Assembly: GCA_905203995.1 (NCBI GenBank)
Contig: CAJKXZ010000004.1
Location: 28,340 to 92,339 of the forward strand
Length of the DNA stretch: 64,000 bases
Direction: 5' to 3'
DNA from: an uncultured Methanomassiliicoccus sp.
GTDB lineage: Archaea > Thermoplasmatota > Thermoplasmata > Methanomassiliicoccales > Methanomassiliicoccaceae
Shown here: positions 30,175-39,600 of the stretch, one piece after another
Layout: each line of letters opens with the position of its first letter
How positions within the stretch are numbered: position 1 is the stretch's first letter
Translations under genes and position numbers: made by a program
The notes under the pieces: generated by a model
The model's database searches: none
The model's input: the letters and a program-made list of their open reading frames with translations, nothing else
Told to the model about the DNA's origin: nothing

Positions 30175-30333
30175 ATGAGTTGTGACAACGACCCGTCAAC
30201 TTGCGTTTGTTCTAGTGAATGTCCGCGGCATGGCAAATGCTGCGAATGTGTAACCTTTCACCGTGATGTGAAAAAGAACCTGCCGGCTTGTCTCCGCGGT
30301 CTGCAGGCCAACGCTCCGATCAATATCTGCTGA
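30175..30333 (+). CDS. Unannotated small Cys-rich protein (52 aa, 8 Cys): MSCDNDPSTCVCSSECPRHGKCCECVTFHRDVKKNLPACLRGLQANAPINIC
   Basis: + strand ORF below the 60-aa track cutoff; it lies in the divergent promoter region next to the HxlR regulator. Cys spacing suggests a metal-binding mini-protein. The overlapping - strand ORF 30196..30420 has no recognisable features. Confidence 0.35.
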   Translation: MSCDNDPSTCVCSSECPRHGKCCECVTFHRDVKKNLPACLRGLQANAPINIC

Positions 30334-30400
30334 AGCAGCAGTTTTGTCAGCTACACGTTTAGAAAAAGTCATTAACTCGTAGTCTTTAGCTGGTATTATC

Positions 30401-31072
30401 ATGACCATGGTAGCCTTCATTACTAAAAAATGCGCAGTCTGCGGTAACGAGAATGAAGATGTTCAGGAAGTAATCGACGCTCTGCCTTTAGGTCCCATGG
30501 ATCTTGATACCCGTCCCCCTGAAACTTTGCGCTCTGCTTTGCCTTATCAAATCCAGCAGTGCTCTTTTTGCGGGTATTGCAACAGTGATCTGGAAGAAGC
30601 AGTTATCAGCGACCAGAATCTGCTGCAGTCTAAAGAGTATCTGGACATTATTAATGATGAGACGCTTCCTGAACCTGTCAGACGCTTCCTTGCTTCAGCT
30701 CATCTGCTGCATAAGACCGGCAATCTTCACCGCTCAGCCATGGAATCTTTGCACGCGGCCTGGGTCTTTGACGATCTCAACGATCCCATCAGCGCCATGG
30801 GTGCCCGTTTAGGCGTAGTGATTTCGCTGCGTACTGAGTTAGGCGAACGGTATGATGAGAATTTGGCAACTATTCTTCTCGATGTCCTCCGCCGGGCTGA
30901 GCAGTATGAACTTTGTCTGATGATCGCTCAGTCCATTAAAGACATGGAGATCACCGATGATTTTGTTAAATCGATTGTCGATTATCAGATTTATCTTGCT
31001 GAAAACAAAGACAATTCCTGCAAAACTGTCGCTGACGTGGAAAAATGGGAAACTGAGAAAGATAAACTTTAA
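30401..31072 (+). CDS. Hypothetical protein with N-terminal C4 zinc ribbon (CAVCG...CSFCG) and helical C-terminal domain
   Basis: Two CxxC pairs ~45 aa apart; the rest is alpha-helical with no known catalytic motifs. Confidence 0.45.
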   Translation: MTMVAFITKKCAVCGNENEDVQEVIDALPLGPMDLDTRPPETLRSALPYQIQQCSFCGYCNSDLEEAVISDQNLLQSKEYLDIINDETLPEPVRRFLASAHLLHKTGNLHRSAMESLHAAWVFDDLNDPISAMGARLGVVISLRTELGERYDENLATILLDVLRRAEQYELCLMIAQSIKDMEITDDFVKSIVDYQIYLAENKDNSCKTVADVEKWETEKDKL

Positions 31073-31151
31073 TAATTTGACATTTTAACTCATCAGGTAA
31101 CTGTGTTAAGTTAATTAGATGAAGTAGAGGCGAGTATTAACGAAAAAAATA

Positions 31152-31886
31152 TTGTTTCCTTGTGAATTAGCATTAATCTCTGGATTAGTTTGTGCGGCGA
31201 TTGCCGTCTGTCTTCTTTTGAAAAGCGGGCTGGGCGTGTCAGTGATTTCTTCGGTATCATTGTCACTTTACTATTCAGCACCAGCATTATCATTTGGTAC
31301 GTGGAATATTATCTTTCAGGTAGCAGTGCTGCTGTTGTTAATTGCCATCCTGAAAGAGGTTAAGACATATTATGCCGTTTCTTTAGGAGTAGGCATTGTT
31401 TTCGGAGTGCTTTTAGACCTCTTTAAGCCGCTGATCTTTTCCTTACCTGACGCTACCTGGCTGGTCCCCGTATATTTGGTCTCTTCCTTGCTGATCATTT
31501 CCGTGGGCATTACCTTCTTTATGAAGTGTCAGCTCCCACTGATGCCCTGCGATATCTTCGTCAGGAACATCGTAGTGGAACGCCATCTGCCGCTGGGCAG
31601 GACCAAGACTATTTTTGACATATCCTGTCTGGTCTTTTCGATTGCCATCTCGCTGATCTTTACGGGAGCAATCAGAGATATCGGCATCGGGACGGTCATC
31701 AGTGCCATTCTTACGGGTACACTGGTCACGCTAGTATCCAAACAGATCTCCAAAGTCTTCCGCTTTGAACCGGTACTGGGCATTACCAAGCGCAGTCTTG
31801 ACGGTTCGCTGGATGCCACTAAAACGCCGGAAGTAAATAAGCAGGAAATTGCCAAAGTCTTAAATGTAAAAGATCGCGGAGAATGA
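31152..31886 (+). CDS. Integral membrane protein of unknown function (6-7 TM)
   Basis: Hydrophobicity pattern only. Confidence 0.4.
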   Translation: MFPCELALISGLVCAAIAVCLLLKSGLGVSVISSVSLSLYYSAPALSFGTWNIIFQVAVLLLLIAILKEVKTYYAVSLGVGIVFGVLLDLFKPLIFSLPDATWLVPVYLVSSLLIISVGITFFMKCQLPLMPCDIFVRNIVVERHLPLGRTKTIFDISCLVFSIAISLIFTGAIRDIGIGTVISAILTGTLVTLVSKQISKVFRFEPVLGITKRSLDGSLDATKTPEVNKQEIAKVLNVKDRGE

Positions 31887-32019
31887 ACAACCTTTCTCCG
31901 TCTTCGATTTTTTTTATCACAATCTCTGTTTTTGTAAATATGCGCAGATGTGATTTTGATATTATTTAAAGAAAAATAATAACTGATGCTGCTCCTGATC
32001 AGGAGCGCATAGTTTAAGC

Positions 32020-32463
32020 TTACTGTTTATCGGGATGATTTCTGATAACTAATACTGGGCATTCAGCGAATCGCACCACCTTCTCGGCAACGCTGCCCAA
32101 GAGTAGCTTGGAAATGCCAGTGCGGCCGATAGTACCCATAACAATCAAGTCATAATTCTTAGAAGCTTCGACAATATCATTGGCGGGGGAACCCATTTTG
32201 GAAATGGCTTTTACTTCTAAACCCATTTCTTTACCTTTTTCCATTACGTAATTAATGGCTTCGTCACTGCTTTTTTGCATATAGGCATTGATATCCGGAA
32301 GTCCATAACCCTGGGAACTGCTGGTCACACTGCCCATATCCATCACATTGATAGCGGTGACTTCAGCACCAAAAGTTTTAGCCAGTTCGAGACCGTGATG
32401 AACTGCCTTTTTGGTGTAATCACTGCCGTCGGTGGCAATCAAAATCTTCTTATAAAGAGCCAT
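32020..32463 (-). CDS. Universal stress protein (UspA family)
   Basis: ILIATDGSDYTKKAV ... GSVAEKVVRFAECPVLVI. Confidence 0.8.
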   Translation of the reverse strand: MALYKKILIATDGSDYTKKAVHHGLELAKTFGAEVTAINVMDMGSVTSSSQGYGLPDINAYMQKSSDEAINYVMEKGKEMGLEVKAISKMGSPANDIVEASKNYDLIVMGTIGRTGISKLLLGSVAEKVVRFAECPVLVIRNHPDKQ

Positions 32464-32546
32464 AAAATGATAATTATCAACTGCTATATTTATCTAATGC
32501 GCAAGAATCTTAAGAAGAGGGAAAGCATTAATGTATTGTTTCTGAA

Positions 32547-33956
32547 ATGCGTATACTGATATCTATGTCAGAAAAAACGCCTGGGCAGCTTTTAACCGAA
32601 AAACTGCTGATGAAACCGGAAAACATCGGACAGAGATCAGCAGAAGAGATTGATAAGGCCAATGAGTTCTGCGAAGGCTATAAAAAATTCCTCCGCAATA
32701 AAACTGAAAGAGAGGTTGTTGATTATACCATCGAACTTCTCCAAGAAAATGGTTATACTGAATTCAAACGTGGTGTAAAATATGCTCCTGGTGACAAGGT
32801 CTACAAGAGCAACCGGGGCAAATCCTTGATTATGGTGACTATCGGTAAAGCAGATCTTGCTGAAGGTCTCCGCTTAGGCGTCAGCCACATCGACAGTCCC
32901 CGCTTAGATTTCAAGCCTAATCCCCTTTTTGAAGATACGGAAATGGCTTACTTTAAAACCCACTATTACGGCGGGATTAAGAAGTACCAGTGGTTTGCCA
33001 TTCCCCTTTCGATCCGCGGAACAATTATCTTGAAGGACGGCTCCAGCGTTAAAGTCCGCATCGGTGATGAACCAGATGACCCGATTTTCTGCGTTACTGA
33101 TCTTTTACCGCACCTCGACAAACTGCAGGTTAAAAAACCGGTCGCGGAAGCCTTCTCTGGTGAAGCGCTCAACCTGCTCATCGGCTGCCAGCCCTTCCGT
33201 GATGAAGAAGTGTCGGAAAAAGTTAAACTGAATATCGCTAACATTCTCTTTGAAAAGTACGGCATCACCGAGAGTGATTTCAACTCGGCAGAACTTTGTG
33301 CAGTGCCGGCCTTTGAACCAAAAGATCTGGGCTTTGACCGGGCAATGATCGGTGCTTACGGTCACGATGACCGTGTCTGCTCCTATACTGCATTAATGGC
33401 TGAAATCAACACCAAGAATCCGCAGCACACGACCGTAACCGTCTTTGCTGACAAAGAAGAAACTGGCTCTGATGGAAATACGGGTATGAATTCCTTCTTC
33501 CTCAAAGATTTCTTAGAGGATCTGGTCTCTGCTTACGGCTTGGAAGTACGTCATGTCTTAGAAAAATCAAAATGTCTTTCGTGTGATGTCAGCGCGGCCG
33601 TTGATCCTGCTTTTGCGGAAGTCTTTGAACGCCGCAATGCTTCGTACATCAATCACGGCGCCGTGCTGGAAAAATACGGCGGTGGCGGTGGTAAATATAA
33701 CACCAACGATGCTTCTGCAGAAATGATGGGCTTCATCAGAGCTCTGCTGGATAATGCCAACATCGCCTGGCAGACGGGTGAATTAGGTAAAATTGACATC
33801 GGCGGCGGCGGGACTGTAGCAAAGTATGTCTCAACCCACAATGTCGATACGGTCGATCTGGGAGTGCCCGTTTTATCGATGCACGCGCCCTTTGAGGTCG
33901 TTTCTAAATTAGATGTCTACATGACCTATCTGGCTGTAGCAGAATTTTACAAGTGA
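32547..33956 (+). CDS. M18/M42-type metallo-aminopeptidase (aspartyl aminopeptidase-like)
   Basis: Conserved HxD, DD and EE motifs of the M18 family (SHIDSPRLD, GAYGHDDRVC, DKEETGSDG, LSMHAPFE). Confidence 0.7.
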   Translation: MRILISMSEKTPGQLLTEKLLMKPENIGQRSAEEIDKANEFCEGYKKFLRNKTEREVVDYTIELLQENGYTEFKRGVKYAPGDKVYKSNRGKSLIMVTIGKADLAEGLRLGVSHIDSPRLDFKPNPLFEDTEMAYFKTHYYGGIKKYQWFAIPLSIRGTIILKDGSSVKVRIGDEPDDPIFCVTDLLPHLDKLQVKKPVAEAFSGEALNLLIGCQPFRDEEVSEKVKLNIANILFEKYGITESDFNSAELCAVPAFEPKDLGFDRAMIGAYGHDDRVCSYTALMAEINTKNPQHTTVTVFADKEETGSDGNTGMNSFFLKDFLEDLVSAYGLEVRHVLEKSKCLSCDVSAAVDPAFAEVFERRNASYINHGAVLEKYGGGGGKYNTNDASAEMMGFIRALLDNANIAWQTGELGKIDIGGGGTVAKYVSTHNVDTVDLGVPVLSMHAPFEVVSKLDVYMTYLAVAEFYK

Positions 33957-33971
33957 GTTTTTCTCACTTTT

Positions 33972-34640
33972 TTAATTTTTTTTATTTAAAACATGATCTA
34001 ATTCAGGACAAGACGTCCTCATAAAAATATGATAAACTTCGAAACTGCCGGTTTCCATGCCTAATATTCTTTCTGTCATATACTGCAGCACATCTAAAGA
34101 CTGTTCAATGGTTTCAATATCGGGATGCTCTTTTATTTTCATCATTGCCGCCCGGATCATCATGCTGACGGTGTAGGAACTGTCTTCCGGATAGCGGGTA
34201 TCAAAAACTCCCTCTTCAATGCCCTGCTGGATAATTTTGCCGAAAGCTGGCACCACCATTTCATACGCTAGTCTTTCTACTTCCAGATGAAGGTTTTTGT
34301 TGCGCGACATGGAAAAATATTTAATTACGGTTTCTGAACGCATACTGACGTCTCTTTGTGATTTCAGCAGTTCAATAAAGCGCTCTTCAGCGGTGATATT
34401 TTTCATTTCCAAAACTGCAACGATTGAAGATTCAATCTCCTTGAGCATTCGTTGAATTAAAATCTCAATCAAATCTTCTTTTGAACCAAAATAATAATAA
34501 AATAGTCCCTTGGCAACGCCGACTTTTTTGATGATATCGTCCACCGAAGTGTTTTCGAACCCTTTCTCACGAAAGAGCTCTTCTGCCGCATTAATTAACT
34601 CGGCTTTTCTTTCAGCAGAGATACATTCTTTCTTAGCCAT
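33972..34640 (-). CDS. TetR-family transcription regulator
   Basis: HTH FENTSVDDIIKKVGVAKGLFYYYFGSKEDL. The ORF track extends to 34745, but that overlaps the upstream gene; the Met at 34640 (MAKKECIS..) gives a normal TetR N-terminus. Confidence 0.7.
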   Translation of the reverse strand: MAKKECISAERKAELINAAEELFREKGFENTSVDDIIKKVGVAKGLFYYYFGSKEDLIEILIQRMLKEIESSIVAVLEMKNITAEERFIELLKSQRDVSMRSETVIKYFSMSRNKNLHLEVERLAYEMVVPAFGKIIQQGIEEGVFDTRYPEDSSYTVSMMIRAAMMKIKEHPDIETIEQSLDVLQYMTERILGMETGSFEVYHIFMRTSCPELDHVLNKKN

Positions 34641-34692
34641 GCAATCACCAAGGTCTGTGTAAATTGGGTGGTTATTCTTTGTGATTAATGTG

Positions 34693-35061
34693 TTAGGCTG
34701 ATTGTCGTACCCAGACATTGTCCGGGAGTCCTTCATACACTCCATATTCCGAATCTGCCTTTGCTACTGGAGCTTCGATGATCTTAAGGATTTTTTCTTT
34801 ATCAAGCGTCCAGTAAAACACTCTCCAGGGCCTCCCTGTAAACAGTGTTTCTTCTTCATACCGTGAGGAAATTATCTGAAATTCTTCCAGGAAATAGAAC
34901 ATTCCCCGGTCCTCCGGTGTAAGGGCGTTGTCAATCATTTCACTATTGTATCCAAAGTAGTTTAGGACTCTTTCTGCTAGCTGCCCAGAGGTCTCCGTGT
35001 CGATCTTCGATTTCCTCTCGATCGCCGTACGTAGCTCCTCATAAGTAACTGGCCCATACAT
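34693..35061 (-). CDS. Hypothetical protein
   Basis: 122-aa ORF; no recognisable motifs. Confidence 0.35.
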   Translation of the reverse strand: MYGPVTYEELRTAIERKSKIDTETSGQLAERVLNYFGYNSEMIDNALTPEDRGMFYFLEEFQIISSRYEEETLFTGRPWRVFYWTLDKEKILKIIEAPVAKADSEYGVYEGLPDNVWVRQSA

Positions 35062-35098
35062 TTTTTTTCACCTGTTTTAGACAATCCTTCAACTGCTA

Positions 35099-35120
35099 TA
35101 TTGACTGACTGTCAGTCAGT
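35099..35120. promoter_or_regulatory. Operator candidate TATTGACTGAC-TGT-CAGTCAGT (inverted repeat ACTGAC-N5-GTCAGT) upstream of the AcnX operon
   Basis: Inverted repeat seen directly; 20/22 identical to the site at 37197..37218; a TATA-like ATTTAAAT lies ~25 nt downstream. Confidence 0.5.
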
Positions 35121-35207
35121 AATGAAATAATATCTATTTAAATTTGATGGTTTTCTTCGATCTAACATGCACAAGATATTTCACTCTGGACGTCATAACA
35201 ACCCTAG

Positions 35208-36365
35208 ATGTTTCTAACCAAGGAAGAAGAGCAGATTCTTGCCGGCGAATTCGGTCAAGGAAAAAAGAAAGCAATGGAGTTGCTAGTAGCTCTGGGAGAT
35301 ATTTATGGAGCAAAACGTTTGATTCCTATCACTTCTGCTCATCTTTCCGGTGTCTCATACAAAACTATTGGCGAGGGTGGCATTTCCTTTTTGGAAGAGA
35401 TGTCCGCTGATTCAAAAGTATGTGTGCCCACGACTCTCAACCCGCCGGGCATGGACCGTGAGAAGTGGCAGGCGATGGGTATTTCTGAACATTTTGCTGA
35501 GCGCCAGCATAAGATTATTTCCTGCTATGAAAAACTGGGTGTAACCTCTAACTGTTCCTGCACACCTTATTTAGACATCAACGTCCCTCAAATCGGTGAA
35601 CATGTTTCCTGGGCAGAATCCAGTGCCCTTTCTTATGTTAATTCTGTTATCGGCGCCAAAACCAACCGTGAAGGCGGACCGGGGGCGCTGGCGGCAGCTA
35701 TTCTCGGCAAAACTCCGGAATACGGACTGCACCTGGACGAGAACCGCCAGCCGGCGCTTACGATCGAAGTCAAAGCCGACAAGATTAACTATTCTGTTTT
35801 GGGGCAAGCGGTAGGACAGTTAGGCGGTGGTAAAATCCCTTATTTCAAAGGAATTAAGCCGACGCAGGATCAGCTGAAAACCCTGGCCGCCGCCATGGCC
35901 GCAGCCGGTTCGGTCGCTCTGTTTTACGTGGAGGGCATTACTCCTGCTCCTGCTGACCTGACAAATACGGAAAAGATTACAATTGATGATCAAGAGTTGT
36001 CTTCCGTACGAGATAAAATGAGTACGGGCCAAGATCCGGAACTTATTGCCTTAGGCTGCCCGCATTTATCTTGTGAGGAGATTCATAATCTGGCTGCTAA
36101 ACTGAAAGGTAAAACCAAGAAAGGCGACACGGAAGTATGGTTCTGTACTTCGCGCTGCACGGCGGCTAAATGTAAAAAGGATCTCGATGTGCTTGCTAAA
36201 TTCGGCAATGTGATCTGCGACACCTGCATGATTGTCACGCCGATTGAAGAGCGCTTTAAATGTACGGCGGTGGACTCTGGCAAAGCCTGTAATTATCTGC
36301 CCACACTCTGTTCGCAGAAAGTGGTTTTCCGTGATACTGATGATCTTCTGGAGATGATCTTATGA
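35208..36365 (+). CDS. AcnX-type dehydratase large subunit (DUF521); in archaea this is the phosphomevalonate dehydratase large subunit of the alternative mevalonate pathway
   Basis: Aconitase-X catalytic-domain pattern (~385 aa, conserved Cys/Ser-rich segments TSAHLSGVSYKT, GCPHLS); it is followed by an overlapping DUF126-type small subunit gene. Confidence 0.65.
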   Translation: MFLTKEEEQILAGEFGQGKKKAMELLVALGDIYGAKRLIPITSAHLSGVSYKTIGEGGISFLEEMSADSKVCVPTTLNPPGMDREKWQAMGISEHFAERQHKIISCYEKLGVTSNCSCTPYLDINVPQIGEHVSWAESSALSYVNSVIGAKTNREGGPGALAAAILGKTPEYGLHLDENRQPALTIEVKADKINYSVLGQAVGQLGGGKIPYFKGIKPTQDQLKTLAAAMAAAGSVALFYVEGITPAPADLTNTEKITIDDQELSSVRDKMSTGQDPELIALGCPHLSCEEIHNLAAKLKGKTKKGDTEVWFCTSRCTAAKCKKDLDVLAKFGNVICDTCMIVTPIEERFKCTAVDSGKACNYLPTLCSQKVVFRDTDDLLEMIL

Positions 36366-37135
36366 TTTTAACGGGCAGAAAGATTTCTCAAGGTAAAGCA
36401 CAGGGTAAAATTCTCCTTTGTCCTAATCCCGTAAGCTTCTTAGGCGGTGTCAATCCGCAGGATGGCAAAGTCGCCGATCCGGCTGTTAACGGACAGTCTG
36501 CTAAAGGGCGTGTCTTTGCCTTTCCGCGCGGTAAAGGTAGCACTGTCGGCTCCTACGTCGTTTATGATATGAAAGAGCACGGAACGCTGCCCGCAGCGGT
36601 TATTAACGAAAGTGCTGAGCCGATCGTAGCAACCGGCGCGGTGATGGCCTCCGTGCCGATGGTCGACGCTATCGATCTCTCTTTATTGCGAGAGGGTGAC
36701 GATTGTATCGTTGACGGTTCAACCGGTACGATTGAGCTGCCGGGAGTCAAAGAGATTCATGTTGTCAGCTGTGTTATCAAAGACGGCGATCAAATCCTGT
36801 TTTTGAAGCGGTCGGCAAAAGTCGGTACTTTCCAAGGATATTGGTCGGCAGTAAGCGGCTTCATTGAAGTGGGTGAAACACCTTTGGAAACGGCAATCAA
36901 AGAAGTGCGGGAAGAAACCTGCATTGTTTCTGAACCGGTGCGCTCCGCCGAACCTTTCAGAGTGCGGGAAAAAAACACAATCTGGGTAATTCATCCTTTC
37001 TTATTTGAGGAACCCAACTGCACTGTACAAATTGACTGGGAGCACACTGAATACAAATGGGTCAAAGTGGAAGAAACTACTGGCTATACCTGTGTTCCTG
37101 GTTTAGATATTGTATATAGATTACTAGGACTTTGA
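36362..37135 (+). CDS. Fusion of an AcnX small subunit (DUF126, aa 1-~125) with a C-terminal Nudix hydrolase domain
   Basis: The N-terminal half matches the small subunit (ILTGRKISQGKAQGKILL.., GSTVGSYV). The C-terminal half carries a canonical Nudix box GFIEVGETPLETAIKEVREETCI (Gx5Ex7REUxEExGU). The start overlaps the large-subunit stop (ATGA). Confidence 0.65.
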   Translation: MILTGRKISQGKAQGKILLCPNPVSFLGGVNPQDGKVADPAVNGQSAKGRVFAFPRGKGSTVGSYVVYDMKEHGTLPAAVINESAEPIVATGAVMASVPMVDAIDLSLLREGDDCIVDGSTGTIELPGVKEIHVVSCVIKDGDQILFLKRSAKVGTFQGYWSAVSGFIEVGETPLETAIKEVREETCIVSEPVRSAEPFRVREKNTIWVIHPFLFEEPNCTVQIDWEHTEYKWVKVEETTGYTCVPGLDIVYRLLGL

Positions 37136-37196
37136 ATCGCTCTATTCTTGATTCGTCTAGTCATCTATATATAGCCCTTTTTCTTTGATGGGTGTT

Positions 37197-37218
37197 TATT
37201 GACTGACCGACAGTCAGT
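37197..37218. promoter_or_regulatory. Second copy of the operator candidate TATTGACTGAC-CGA-CAGTCAGT upstream of the MFS efflux pump
   Basis: 73 nt upstream of the ATG at 37291; 20/22 identical to 35099..35120. Confidence 0.5.
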
Positions 37219-37290
37219 TTTGATTGCCGGGTTAATCTTACAAATTAAACCCAATCGGTACGTTCTGCACCGTGGGTATGAGGTGCTGAG

Positions 37291-38949
37291 ATGGAGAATG
37301 CAAATTTCGATAAAAAGCCAGGTAAGGCTGAGGTCGATGTGCGGAAAGTACGTACACCGATCATGATCGGTTTGATTCTCGGTATGTTGTTGGCATGTAT
37401 TGATGGAACGATCATCGGTACCTGCATGCCGAGTATCACTTCTGATTTTGAAAATGGAATGGCCTTATACACCTGGCTAATTACTGGTTATCTTCTTGCT
37501 GAAACTATTGTAACCCCCATCGCTGGAAAGATGTCTGACCTCTATGGAAGAAAACCTATCTTCCTTGGCGGTATGATTCTATTTCTGGGAGGTTCCATTT
37601 TTGCAGGTCTTTCAACCAGCATGGAGCTGTTAATTGTAGGTCGTGTAATACAAGGTTTCGGCGGCGGTATGCTTATTCCAGTTGCAATGGCGACCGTTGC
37701 AGATTTATATGAACCACGAGAAAGAGGAAAAATTCAAGGTATCTTAGGAGCCATCTTTGCTATTGCTAGCGCCATTGGACCATTCATTGGTGGTGTAATT
37801 GTTGATAACACAACATGGCACTGGGCCTTCTTTGTAAATGTACCTATTGGAATTATTGCCATTGCCTTTACGGCTATTAAATTCCCAAAGGTTCAAGCAG
37901 AACCAAACATAAAAATCGATTATCCAGGAATCGCAACATTATCCGCATTTTTAGCATTACTTGTGATAGTTGTGACATTTGGCGGAAGTACATATGCTTG
38001 GAACAGTCCTGAGATAATCGCCATGTCATTAGGTGCAATAGTCTTCCTTGGTCTGTTTATCTATCTAGAGAGCAAAGTAGAGGAACCATTAGTGCCACTC
38101 CGTCTTTTCCGTTCTCGTACGTTCGTTGCCGGGTGTTCTGGTCTATTGGTAATGTCATTAGGTCTGTTTGGTATCTTAACCTATGTCGCCATGTTCCTGC
38201 AAAAATATGTTGGACTAAGCGCTACTAATAGCGGTGCGACTTTAATCCCCTTAACCATAGGTATGACAATTACTTCAGTTGGGAGTGGATTTTTACTTAA
38301 GAAGACTGGATATATGCCCTGGCTGATTGTAGGTCCCCCCGTTGCAGCGGTTGGTTTATACTTAATATCAACTCTTGAAATGGGAAGTCCCCAATCAGAA
38401 GCATCACTATACCTCATTCTTGCAGGATTAGGTATGGGTTGCGTAATGTCTAACTTCATCGTAGCAGCGCAAAATATCACTCCAAGAAGAGACATGGGTG
38501 TAATGACATCCACCATGAGCTTGTTTAGAAGCATTGGTGGAACAGTAGGTGCAGCTCTAATTGGTTCTCTAATCAACAATCGTATTGCCATCGAACTGCA
38601 AGAACGTCTGCCCACAGAGGTGTATGATAGCCCATTTGTGCCACACAATACTGGTGTTATGGACATGATAAATCAGATTACGACCCTGTTCCCTCAGTTT
38701 AATAACTTGGATATTGACATCACAATGGCGTATGGACAGAGCTTATCTTATGCATTCGTGATATGTTCTATAATCGTATTAGCTACGATAGTTGCAAGTC
38801 TGCTGGTAAAACGTATACCGCTTAAAACAGATGAGGAATACGAGCAGATTAATCTCGAAGCTGAACTGGCTCATGAAGCCGAAATGGCTAAAAAGCAAGA
38901 ACAAAAACTTCAAAAAGCTAAAAAACACAAAGGGGACGGCTCTGGTTAA
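37291..38949 (+). CDS. MFS drug:H+ antiporter, DHA2 (EmrB/QacA, 14 TM) family
   Basis: 14 hydrophobic segments; motif A GKMSDLYGRKPI; motif C-like GPFIGGVIV. Confidence 0.8.
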   Translation: MENANFDKKPGKAEVDVRKVRTPIMIGLILGMLLACIDGTIIGTCMPSITSDFENGMALYTWLITGYLLAETIVTPIAGKMSDLYGRKPIFLGGMILFLGGSIFAGLSTSMELLIVGRVIQGFGGGMLIPVAMATVADLYEPRERGKIQGILGAIFAIASAIGPFIGGVIVDNTTWHWAFFVNVPIGIIAIAFTAIKFPKVQAEPNIKIDYPGIATLSAFLALLVIVVTFGGSTYAWNSPEIIAMSLGAIVFLGLFIYLESKVEEPLVPLRLFRSRTFVAGCSGLLVMSLGLFGILTYVAMFLQKYVGLSATNSGATLIPLTIGMTITSVGSGFLLKKTGYMPWLIVGPPVAAVGLYLISTLEMGSPQSEASLYLILAGLGMGCVMSNFIVAAQNITPRRDMGVMTSTMSLFRSIGGTVGAALIGSLINNRIAIELQERLPTEVYDSPFVPHNTGVMDMINQITTLFPQFNNLDIDITMAYGQSLSYAFVICSIIVLATIVASLLVKRIPLKTDEEYEQINLEAELAHEAEMAKKQEQKLQKAKKHKGDGSG

Positions 38950-38966
38950 GAGCCTAACCTTTTTTT

Positions 38967-39305
38967 TTAATTTTTATATACATATCTACTGATTGTAACG
39001 AGAGTTGTGATAATAACAACTACAAAGAACAGTCCAAAGATAGCCATATAATTTTCATTTATTGATCCTGTGTCTACTGCATGTCCCAGATATGCTAGAA
39101 TACAGAGCATAAGGCAGCAGATCACGCATAAAACTCCTACGGCTTTGCATAATTTCTTCTCATCATAGTTTCTTCGTTCATCAGGGGCTAATGAATTATA
39201 GCCAGCTATCAACCATTGTCCCTTTCCGTTAAACAAGAAAATACCGATAATCAAGAACAACAACGCTACAACAAGAATGATTATTTCGGCCAGCATATGA
39301 ATCAT
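38967..39305 (-). CDS. Small membrane protein (3 TM), unknown function
   Basis: Hydrophobicity only. Confidence 0.35.
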   Translation of the reverse strand: MIHMLAEIIILVVALLFLIIGIFLFNGKGQWLIAGYNSLAPDERRNYDEKKLCKAVGVLCVICCLMLCILAYLGHAVDTGSINENYMAIFGLFFVVVIITTLVTISRYVYKN

Positions 39306-39493
39306 TCCAACATTTGTTTCTTACAAAGTCATCTACATTATCTTTTTTGCTACAATCCCTTCTGAAATGAATCTTACTGCTCTGTAATGAATATCAACAT
39401 TATAAAAAAGCGGAATTCCTCAGCTCCAATTCACTTTGACACTTTGATATTTCTTTCTAAACTCATTGGGCTGTTTAGTGCCTGCTACTAATT

Positions 39494-39592
39494 TTACGTA
39501 AAGGTTATGCCCATATGGGCTAAAGTTTTAAATGAAACTTTGGTGATATCTTACGTAAAGGTTATGCCCATATGGGCTAAAGTTTTAAATGA
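39494..39592. repeat. Two exact 42-bp direct repeats (39494..39535 and 39551..39592; TTACGTAAAGGTTATGCCCATATGGGCTAAAGTTTTAAATGA), each containing the 12-bp palindrome GCCCATATGGGC
   Basis: Exact duplication seen directly; the second copy overlaps the first in-frame ATG (39589) of the downstream ATPase gene. Confidence 0.8.
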
Positions 39593-39600
39593 GGAATGAC

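Noticed and set aside
30196-30420. Minus-strand 74-aa ORF from the track
   Set aside because: No motifs; the overlapping + strand small Cys-rich ORF (30175..30333) next to a divergent HxlR regulator is the more plausible gene.
36362-37135. Nudix domain as type-1 isopentenyl-diphosphate isomerase
   Set aside because: The domain lacks the conserved Cys-containing TNxCCxHP and WGEHE catalytic motifs of IDI-1, so it is only a generic Nudix hydrolase.
39494-39592. CRISPR array
   Set aside because: Only two repeat copies, with a 15-nt spacer and no cas genes; more consistent with a duplicated promoter/operator.
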